A DNA stretch of 64,000 nt from Paragordius varius (taxonomy: Eukaryota > Animalia > Nematomorpha), in contig OZ176055.1 of the NCBI GenBank assembly GCA_964247055.1, positions 8,494,001 through 8,558,000 on the forward strand, given 5' to 3'. Of this stretch, positions 54,201-64,000 are shown piece by piece (the first letter of the stretch is position 1; each line of letters begins with the position of its first letter). The position numbers were made by a program, and so were the translations under genes. The notes under the pieces are model-generated. The model saw only the letters and a list, made by a program, of their open reading frames with translations, searched no databases and was not told where the DNA came from.

Positions 54201-56250
54201 TTTACCCTTTTATATGCAAAATTAATTTTACATGCATTGGGTTGTTGACCATCCCGGTTTTTTGCTGTAATTTGTTTTGCATTTGTTGTAAAGCCCATCT
54301 CAAGTCTAATCATACTAAGCCCCGTAATCCGTAACGATCGTCTCCCATATCCAGATGTCTAAGCAATTAAAAGTCTTAAATACCCATATTTTCCATATTC
54401 CCTGTTGTTTATCTGGCTGAATGTGGGCCAAAAATGTGTGTTTAGAATTAAGTAGCACTCGATAATTTTGGTGTTTACTTAATTCGGCAGTTTGTACATT
54501 TAAATTATGACCTAAATTATTGTTAAACAACTACTTACCTTGAGCGTCTTGAATCCTTATATAATCACGAGGACCTGTGAGGGATATGGCGAATGATTCT
54601 AGATATTGGTCTATTGGCAATTCAAGATATTCTTGATCTTGCTGTTCCTTAATTTTGTCCCATAGATACAAGTTTACTTTGTTGGTGTTGAGCGACACTT
54701 GTAGGAATTCTAAAATCTATATTGCCATAAAATTTAAAATTATATGGACAAAACATAAAATGTAAAAACTATTATTATTTTTTAATAAGAAATTACATTA
54801 TATATCTTGATATCGTTTTGCCAAATTAGGGAAAAATAAGAAGTTAAATTAATAACATCAATTATATGTATGATCGCATTTATAATCACATAGGTTTAAC
54901 AAAAAAAGGAAAATTCTTTATACATTTTTCATACCAAAATTTTTAATTTTGTATCATATGATAAATATATGTTCAGATTCATTGAGCCACAGTCACGGTA
55001 AGGAATGCAGTTAAGCCCGACCTCAGTCAAGTTTACATTAGGTTAAAATTAAATATCCATAAAAGATATATTTTTTATTTTGAATTAATTACTATATACC
55101 TAAAACTTCTCAAGTCATTTTACCTTTTTGACATTTGATTTGTTGGTGTAAAGCACTTGACCCGAACTGATGGCTGCAATTTTTTCATAAACTAAAAAAC
55201 CTGGATGGGTTGAATCTCCACAATTCCCAGTTAATACAAAAACAATCTATAAAGTTAAAATTGGTACATCTATAACTCATAGGCTTTCGCAATCATAAAT
55301 AAGCAAGTGTGTGCTCTTAAAATTTAAATTTTATCACCAATTCACCTAATTTTAAATTGATTCACTCGCTATCTTTTAATGTTTACAAAGTAAAATATAT
55401 TAAAGTTGAATTTTACGGATAAAAGAATATGGATACTTGAGTATGTGATCTCTGTAAGAGATACAACACATCCTCAACCAAACGATAGTCTTTAGCGCGG
55501 GCATCAGTGAAAACGTAAATGGTAGATCCTGGACTAGAAAGCTTTATAGCAGCTTGCAATGCGGTCAAAGATGTTTCAGGACAATCGCCTCCACCTTGAA
55601 TCTTGATATCATCCAAAAACTCTATGAATTCCTTGCTATCGTATGTTATTCGAGCCGGTCCGATTTCTAAAAACCAATAATAAAATTTATTTAAGATGTT
55701 CATTTATATACAGACATCTGTTTGTACAAATTATACCAGGATCATTGAAGGGGACAAGGATATATTTAATTTGTTTTCCATCCAGTGTTGACAGGATTTT
55801 CCTGATGCCGTGCTTGACTTGTACTAAATCATCATACATGGAACCACTTCGATCAAAAACTAGTGTTATTGAATGATCTATACTATCTAGATTTGAAAAT
55901 AATTTGTGATCATTATTCGTTGATCTCTTATCAGCTGATAGAAAGATCGATTTTTTAATAGACGGCTCCTGAACGAATATAGATCTTTTAACTATCCGCC
56001 GTTTTTCTGATAACAGTGTGGATATATTATTAATATCCAAATCTTTGTAAATGCAAAAATTATTTTTAACGGAGGCATTTTGATGATAATCATTTGGGTT
56101 GGCTAGAGCCACTGAGTAAAATATTAGAGGAGTTATGATAATTAAAATAGAATGCAATGATAGAAAAATCATTTGAGGAGTTATGAATTTATATTTAGCA
56201 TAAGACGCTTTTATTAATATCAAATAATAAATAAAAATAATTAATACCAT
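42285..56250 (-). CDS. HMCN: Hemicentin-like secreted protein: signal peptide + hemicentin VWA region + ~13 Ig domains, ~28 exons
   Basis: VWA motifs [54 protein letters not shown] and ISSGQV; [11 protein letters not shown] and [17 protein letters not shown] follow, as in hemicentin. Exons 55737-56250, 55437-55666, 55124-55246, 54539-54716, 54384-54511, 54232-54358, 53492-53842, 53189-53333, 52006-52531, 51762-51852, 51549-51697, 51162-51416, then Ig exons at ~50934-51090, 50348-50465, 50068-50220, 49882-49984, 49226-49380, 48640-48776, 48108-48207, 47279-47470, 46596-46906, 45926-46070, 45619-45737, 45325-45528, 44340-44627, 43818-44139, 43189-43386, and last exon 42285-42371 ([28 protein letters not shown]). 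The start may be the Met at ~56172. Confidence 0.88.
42957..43179. mobile_element. Tc1/mariner-type hairpin MITE (best-preserved copy)
   Basis: TA|CAGTCA...TGACTG|TA with long inverted arms; sits ~10 bp from a hemicentin splice donor. Confidence 0.8.
47537..47800. repeat. ~260-bp hairpin (probable MITE)
   Basis: Arms ATATCTAATTTTCGGTTCTATTAGTATAACCTTTTT and AAAAAGGTTATACTAATAGAACCGAAAATTAGATAT, extending to GTTAAAGTAAATG / CATTTACTTTAAC. Confidence 0.7.
50575..50795. mobile_element. Hairpin MITE family AATTATACGGACAAAA...TTTTGTCCGTATAATT
   Basis: Clear inverted ends; related copies at ~45013-45265, ~46213-46482, ~48346-48610; half copies at ~54735-54780 and ~58675-58715. Confidence 0.7.
52716..52992. 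mobile_element. TA-flanked foldback MITE, copy E
   Basis: TACCATTTACTATTCAAATTCACCC...GGGTGAATTATTGTAAATGGTA. Confidence 0.8.
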
Positions 56251-57529
56251 ATATAAAATACTATCATAAAGTATTATGAAATAACAACTGGTTGTTTTAA
56301 AATGTTTAACACTGTATTCTTAGGTAATCGGATCTTCATTTGCCAATTAATAATTATCATTAATAATTATAGTATCTTAACTTCTATCTATTTTATGCTT
56401 ACTTATTAAGTTAGTTTTATTTATAACAATAAAACGCATATTTTGAATTGAGAAAGAATAAACCAAGTCTCTGATTTATATTATTATACTATTGCGTAAA
56501 AGAAATCAAACGTAGTTTCCGAAACCGCGCCTAACCAAGCCAATCATCAGTGCCCAAAACAAAAACTAACCAAACCAACAGTAAAGCCTGCACTTTCTAT
56601 AGAAAAAATTTGGATAACGTTAATATTTCAAAATAATTATTAATCTGTGAGAGACTCTGATTGTTGATTCGATGAGGAAACACTAGACAGATATCGGGAG
56701 AAGTTTTAATTATGAAATATCCAAAAAATGCATTATTAATCATTTATTAATATTGTTAAAGCATGGGATAATATTCATAAATACATACATTAACTCAACA
56801 AGACACATCAATATAGCCCAACATTTTACACACTTTTTTTAAACATTGCTTCTATGTAGAACCCATTTTTTTTGTCAGATATAAGTTTTATTAAGTTTTA
56901 ATGATAAAGTATGAACCGTGTTAGAGCTAAAATATTTTTTGGTATAACAAGCATGAGATTGTCCAATAAATTCAGTTTCGTTTTTTCAATTTTAATATTA
57001 TAAATCATAATAAAATTTATCCAAATATATAAACATGAGTGCATAATGTACCAATGAGAAATAGCGTGTAAGAAAGACGAAAAAAGTATACTTGTATATA
57101 TATTACTGTTCATACATTTACGGTTCGATCGACGCGCAGACGACTTAAAACAATTAACGACACTTTAACGCTTCAGAATAACAAAAAGAATGATAATAAA
57201 ATTCTTTTGCCCTTTTGTCTTACTCCGGTTTGTAAAAATGTAATATCCGCCTGATAGTAAATAACATATATAATTGACGATTTTTCCATAATATAAATTT
57301 TTATACGACTAATGAGAGAAAAATGCGATTCGATTTTAGCTAACAACAAATCTTATATAATTTTTGATATTTAAAACGCTTAGTTTAATTCTAATATTCA
57401 AACCAATATGATAACATTAATCGTATTAAATATGTATACTAAAAACCTTTATACAATTGAAATTTATATTTTTTATGGTAACCCCTTTGTATAAATACCT
57501 CCCCATATTTTTTGATTTTATAATTTATG

Positions 57530-57715
57530 AAAATATAGTAGCGTATGGCATAAAACATAATTAGTCCATAAAAGAATAAAATAACGTATTTTTTAAAAAA
57601 CAAGCCTAGTTGTTTTTACACATATCCATAATATCCCCTTGTTTTTTTAAAAAAACATTTTTTTTATCTTTTATGGACTATTATTGTTTTATGCCATACG
57701 TTACTGTATTATAAC
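57530..57715. repeat. Hairpin element upstream of the amine oxidase
   Basis: GTAGCGTATGGCATAAAACA...AGTCCATAAAAGA and TCTTTTATGGACT...TGTTTTTATGCCATACGTTAC inverted arms. Confidence 0.65.
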
Positions 57716-57983
57716 ATAAAAGGATATAATTTATTAATATATATAAAAATATATATAAAAATACATTTTAGAATATATGAAAAAAAGTGCTACGCAACAA
57801 TATTGGGCATGGAAGCCAGAAAAAAATGATTCATATACTTGAAAACCACATATGAAATCGAACATGTGTTTTTAGACATAATTAATTTTTATTATCTCCT
57901 TATGGCTTTAAAATTCTTTATTAGTTACCTTAAACGTATAATCATTTATTATTTCTATGGTCATGAATTAATATAGTTTATAT

Positions 57984-60900
57984 ATGGTTAAAATTATTGG
58001 TTTATTCGTATTGTCAATTGTATTTTATATCCTTAAAATTATTTTGTTCAGTAATGCTCAAAATATTAATATTAATAATATTAATGAACACAAAACGCCA
58101 AAGAAATTTGACATAAAGTCAACCAAAAAATGTCCCATTTACGTTATTGGCGCTGGCATGTCTGGTATAAAGACAGCTCGGACCCTTCAAGATTTTGGGT
58201 TGGAAGACGTGACCATTTTAGAGGCCCGAAATAGGATGGGAGGTCGTATTTGGACAAATTATGAAGCACTTAATGGGTCTACAGGTAGTATTCATACTGT
58301 TACTCTTTGACATTTTATTTTTTTTTTGCATAAAAAAATATGTAGATATTATCAAAATCATAATTAGTTTTAGTGCTTACTTGTCTCTTTTATTTTATAT
58401 GACTAAAATTAATGAATCGCAAACGCCTATATTTAATGAATTCTTTCAAAACCGGATGGTTACAACATATGGAATAATAAAATGCGACGAAAAATGTTGA
58501 CTTATTACTGCTTTTCCTGAAAATCTTATTATACCTGTCCAACCATACTTTTTTAAACCTTGATTTATCCCTTATAAACTATTTAATTATAAGTGTTATA
58601 ATAATTTCATTACTCCCTGTTTTGAAAATTAAAATTATTATGGATACGTAAAAAAATTAAGATTTTAAAAAAACATATTTGTCCTATATTAACGTTTTTG
58701 TATAATTTCAATTTTACGGTAATTTTATGTGAGTGTTTTAAAAATATTTGACACAATAGGATTAAAATTTGTAAAGATAAAATTTTCCTGGAGATGCGCT
58801 TTTAATAAAACCCAGATTTACCCTTGAACAGAATTCACCCTCACATTTTTGCCCCTTGAACGCAAAATTGATAAAAGTCTTAATGAATATCTAATATTAC
58901 TTAATTTCGATAAAATAAATAATGAAATTTTGTTTCAAATTAACATTACACAGAAAAAATAATAAAACAGAGAAATATTCATGTTACTAAATTAAAAAAT
59001 ATTAATTAATTTTTGGGGTGAATTCGAAATGTTTAATATATTAGTACTTATTTATTGGGGATACAATAAATGGCTTCGCGGGCCGCATTCGAAATATATA
59101 TGGGCATTTATAAATAATTTATTAGATTTTAATAATCCCAAGACTATAAAATGCACGTACAATATGTACATCGATTTCTAGTAGCTGTCAATTGGATAGA
59201 GATTATAAGAAAAATTCATTAAAAATAATAATTTTATTTAGATTTTAGTATTTTTCACAAATAATGGATTTCCAATTTTTTCACGGGCCACACATAAAAT
59301 CTCAGAGGGCGGGCGTGTTGGACACCCCTGGTCTTGAAAGATATTAAATTATAATAAAACGAATACAATTATAAACTTAATTTCTTTATGATGAAATGAT
59401 GGTTTTAAACCAATAAAATAAAAAAGGCTGTTTAAATAAATATAGAAAAGCATTGTTTATAAAATATTTATTTACATACACATCAAAGTTTCAGACATCA
59501 GTTTTCATAAAATATTCATGGTCTTGTCAACTCATTTGTGATATCGCTCTGAACCTCAAACACTTACTATAGATACACATCATTTATGTATATTAAACAG
59601 TGTCCTATTCTCCTTTAGATATTATATTATATTGAGGGGCGTTTCTTATAGTTTTTAATGTCGGTTATATTAAAGAGAACGATAATGGTATAGTTTTGTG
59701 CAGAATATTTTGTTTTCATGCTTAATTTTATATTAAAAAATTATGATAATTATTATAACTTTCTTTGGTTATTCTTTGGACATAATTGTGAAGTTGTTTC
59801 ATAAAAGATGTGAGTTGGAAATATTTATTTCAAAATTTAAGGGTGGTCGAAGCACATTATTTTGATTTAGACGGTTCGGTAATTGAAGATTTTGCTTTAA
59901 AATAGTTATTGATTCAAATTTTCCGTTTTATATCCACTTAAACTTCATAATTTATAAGATAAATTGCGAATTTATATTTATAATTAAACTGTAACGTACT
60001 TAAACAAGGTATGGAAGCTGATATGGGAGCGGCTTGGATTTGTGATGATAATTTACGGAATACTGGAATGAAAATAACGCTTAAAAACAAAATCCCTACC
60101 GTTTTTAGCGATATTTTACACCCCAGAGTTTTCTATGATGCCAACTCCTACATTACCGATGATGAATGGATAGAAATATTACATTTATACCAACAAGTAT
60201 TTTTTTAACTTAGTTAAAATAATATCTATAATTACAATATTTTTTGCTAAATAACCTTGTCAAACTTATCAATATAATCCTAGATATTTTTGAGTTAAAT
60301 TTTTAATTTCTTTAAATATATTGTTTAATATGCAATATTTTAGTTAATGTTTGACAAATTACCATTTTACATTAAACAAATGGATGTCCGGCAATTGGTC
60401 AAGCAAATCAACAATGTAAGGGAGAAAGAACGAATTTTACGCGACAAAGACGTATCTATCAAAAAGGCTTTACAATTGCTAGGATTCAATGAAATATTGG
60501 AGGATCCAGTTTTTGCATTTCTGAATTCGCATTTAATAGAGGCGGATACCGGAGTCGAACTAGCCAAAACTTCTGCCAAACAATTTCATGAAATAACAGC
60601 TAAAAATACCCGCATTATACCGTCCGGTTATGCCACCATTTTGAATTCGTAAAATTTATTTATTAAAAAATTGAACATTATTAATTAAATGGGGGAAGAC
60701 GCGATTCAACTGTATTCTAACGAAATCATAAACATGCATTTTCGTGCGACATTAAGTGATTTATAAAAACTGCGTCAGAATTTTTTCGGTGCAAAAAGGG
60801 TGGAGTTGTTAATTGCGCAGCATTCCTTATGCGTCAGAATTTTTTCGGTGCAAAAAGGGGGCAGTTGTTAAATGCGCAGCACTCCTTAATTAATAGCCAA

Positions 60901-61476
60901 ATATACCAATTCGAAATGACAAATTTATGTTTGTTTTTAGAGAAGCTTGACTAAAATCTTTATATATCATTTTTTAGAGTATAATTGCGGGTCGATTGCG
61001 ATAGGTTTTAGAATTTAACTGTAAATTATTTTAGGCCCATATAAAATACTAACAATCATTTACTAACGATTCTGTAACTCTTTCATTCAAATAATTTTTT
61101 TACTCATATAATGGTCTAAATTATGAGATTAAGATTTTTAAAAATTATCAAAAGTTCTATTGAAGATTTAAATAAATTATTTAAAAGTTATTAAATTTCC
61201 GTTTACCAGATTAATTAAGGGTGAAGGAGATTATCGGGGTCCGTTGAATATCAAACTCAATACACAAATTACAAGGATTGAATTGAATGAAACCAATGAT
61301 GATACCGAAAACGATAATATTTTATTGAGTGACAATCATGGTAACTTATATAACGGGTATGCTGTAATCAACACTATTCCTTTGGGTGTCTTAAAAACTG
61401 ATTCAGTTTATATTGATAGCAATTTACTCGATGTTGGAATTAAGGAAGCTATCAGTAAAATAGGTATAATATATGT

Positions 61477-61519
<43 letters not shown>

Positions 61520-63748
61520 TTTTTTAATAATATTTTGGGCTTGTGCGACATTAATTCGGAAAAAATATAAAGTAATATTTTGGACAATAACGGCAATTTG
61601 TGTGCAACAAACTTTGATTTTGTGTAATGGTTAAACGTGAAAGTTTTCATTTATTTTTTTGTGAGCGACGTAACATTGTATGAACATTATTTTACAATTA
61701 AGTAGGATAGGGCATTCTAATTACTTTATCATAGGAAAAAGTCACTTGGGTATTTTTGTTTTACAAAGAGACAAAGTAAATTTTTGTAGTTTATTATAAA
61801 TGAGTTTTTATAACTTTAAACACAGTTTTTTTTTCAAATACAGTCAAACCATTTTTAGTGCGGATTATTGTTCTTTACCTATTTATTGTTATTTGGATAT
61901 TTTATCATGTGATGATTTTTGATGGTGGATAACCTATTACTTTATTTGCCAATATTAGATTCGGTCATTTGTTCTCAAAACAATATTTAATTCTTATCTA
62001 TTAGTTTTATTTCTGGAAGTATTTTTTTGTTTAAATCAATTATAATAAATTTTTCATATTATTTAATGATTATAGATTTTTTCGAAAGAACTTGAATGAT
62101 AGTTATCCATTTATCAGAGGGATAAATAGACGATAAAATAAACTTAACCTATCATTTTACAACAAAAATAGATATATAATTATAATTGGACTGTGTACAT
62201 TTATAAATAATTTTAGTCATTGTTTTTGAGATTAAAACCAATAACACTCAAATAAATAATTCCTGATAAAATATATATATTCTAATAAATAAATGTACCA
62301 GGACATTTAGTTTTGGGGCTTATGAGTGTTATAAAAAAGTATTTTACACTTTTGTAGCGATTGCTCGATATCGTAAAATTGCAAAATTTACGCACATTAT
62401 GTGTGATAAATTTTTTAAAAAAATCTAAATGGTTTATTCCAAAAATATCATTAAAATATGATATATTTAATAAACAGCACAATAAAAAAATTTATTTTTT
62501 AGATCTAGGCTCCGTAAGTCCCTATTTTTTTTTGCTCTCATGGAATTCTCTTAAAATAACCCCAAAAATGTCGAGATTTCTATATGATTTTTTTATATAT
62601 GCTAGATTATGTCATAAAACATATTTTTTATAATATACTTTGAAAAATTTAATTTTTAGCAAAATATTCGTACTTTACACTATTTTGAAGCATGATGGAA
62701 CGGCGTAAAAATGCTTTAAGATATATAAAACCCCTTTTCCATATGATTTAATGATGCTGAATAGTTCTATACCTCAGAATTAGCCAATATCTGTTCGTCT
62801 TCAAATTTATCTAAAAAATCAATCAAAAATTCACCCAAATTTAACAGCAACCATCTTAAAAATAAATTCTGTGGTGATAAAAATGTTCAGCATTATTGGA
62901 ATATAAAGAAAAAGTGTTTATTTGATATCTTAAAGTGTTTTTATAAAGTTTTCACCAAGCTAAATAACATAAACTCGCTTCACCAAAATTTTACTATATA
63001 ATAAATTTTTAAGAAAAGTATCCATTTTTTCGGAAATAACTTTGTGGATGTCAAAATCATATTTAAAGTTTTCATCTGCCATTTTTTAAAGAAGACTTGC
63101 CCATCGGAGCCCACAACTTAAATAACCATTTTTTTAAAAATATTGGTTTGCTTTTTATTGGTAGTTTATGAAATATAGTGATATTTTTTGAAATGAATCA
63201 TTTTAAGTTCCAAAAGAATTACAAAATGTGTCATTTTCTCATATGAATCACCACAAATGTAACTTTCTTAAATCACTCGTTAGGGCCAAAACAAAAAGCA
63301 TCATACTAATCTTGATACATTTGCTTGTCAGAATATATATACATATATTAAGATATTTTTTAAAATTATTATATTGATCACTTGCATTCAAAATTACTAA
63401 ATTTAAATATTTTTAGGGTTTGGACTAATGAACAAGATACTTATCAAGTTTGACCATGTATTTTGGCCAAAATCTTATCATTCGTTTGGATTGTTGCCCA
63501 AAAAATATAACTGCAAAGATTCGCAAAGAATCTACACTGAATCACAGTCCATATATGAATCGCCTCCGCGGTACTACAAACCAGATAGGCGATCTCGCCT
63601 CAAAAAGGACATTGGAATAATGCCTAACCAGCTAAAGAATGCACTGTATAAAGCTATAGGAAATCGTGCACTTTATTTAAAAAGTTATAACAAATTAATT
63701 TATGAATTTCCTACCTCTTTGTTCTTTTTGAGGATTTATTTTGATTAA
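57984..63748 (+). CDS. Flavin-containing amine oxidase (PAO/SMOX/MAO family) with N-terminal signal/anchor; 3' part not resolved in the window
   Basis: Exons 57984-58284 (IYVIGAGMSGIKTARTL...LEARNRMGGRI, FAD-binding), 60009-60196 (ADMGAAWI), 60344-60648 (IPSGYATIL), 61210-61463 (IKLNTQIT...VINTIPLGVLK...AISKI), 63417 onward (GFGLMNKILIKFDHVFWP). The 3' boundary of the last exon is unclear and the C-terminal FAGE motif is not in the window. Confidence 0.85.
59050..59330. mobile_element. hAT-like MITE remnant
   Basis: Right end CACGGGCCACAC...GTGTTGGACACCCCTG, typical of CAGGGGTGTCCAA hAT ends; left end degenerate; a similar left-end piece lies at ~18080-18120. Confidence 0.5.
60771..60888. 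repeat. Two tandem 59-bp GC-richer direct repeats in an amine oxidase intron
   Basis: TGCGTCAGAATTTTTTCGGTGCAAAAAGGG...TGCGCAGCA.TCCTTA twice (60771-60829, 60830-60888). Confidence 0.9.
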
Positions 63749-64000
63749 AATATTTCCTAAAGAGTTTAGGTTTTACATTACTTGGTTTTTTATAAAATGC
63801 GCGCCCGCAATGTTTTAATACTAGTAAAGTTAATATGTCAAGTTTTACCTAATTATAATCTATATACTTATAAAAATGGAAAATGCTGGCTTTGTGATCT
63901 GTTTCCGGAAAACCGGTAGACTCAAGAACCACATGTCTTTCATTAATATAACAAATTAATAGTTATAATCTCAAAATTTACAAATTTATAATTTCTATAG

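Noticed and set aside
61408-61650. ORFs with (YI)n runs at 61244-61570 (3' part) and 61408-61650
   Set aside because: Read-through into an intronic (TA)n microsatellite; the real exon ends at 61463.
11720-63748. Possible polyamine cluster (P5B transporter plus amine oxidase)
   Set aside because: The genes are ~37 kb apart with six unrelated genes between them, and the oxidase substrate is unknown; likely coincidence.
1-64000. Species assignment (tiny introns and low GC suggest a reduced or parasitic invertebrate)
   Set aside because: It cannot be determined from this window without a database search; only animal origin is supported (hemicentin, antistasin, Ig exons).

Overview
Very AT-rich, intron-containing animal (invertebrate-type) nuclear DNA. 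I found no prokaryotic, CRISPR, rRNA or tRNA features. Eight protein-coding genes can be reconstructed: a secreted triple-antistasin inhibitor (-), a P5B ATPase of the ATP13A type (+), an intronless small heat-shock protein (-), an intronless F-box-like gene (-), Lunapark (+), FABP (+), a hemicentin-like gene (-) and a flavin amine oxidase (+) that is incomplete at the window end. They are interspersed with many transposons: a Chapaev3-type element with ~940-bp TIRs, a hAT family, three mariner fossils, an RTE-type LINE and several MITE families, including self-nested piggyBac-type elements. The most notable observations are (1) GT-AG introns of only 21-27 nt, in host genes and in the transposase, next to introns of normal size; (2) a 'mini-hemicentin' (VWA plus ~13 Ig domains) that stops without the canonical C-terminal modules and lies tail-to-tail 79 bp from FABP; (3) a Chapaev3 element whose first catalytic Asp codon appears split onto an 11-nt micro-exon, inserted 219 bp upstream of the ATPase start. 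All exon models were made by hand from splice signals, reading frame and remembered family motifs; no database search was run, and coordinates marked ~ are approximate.
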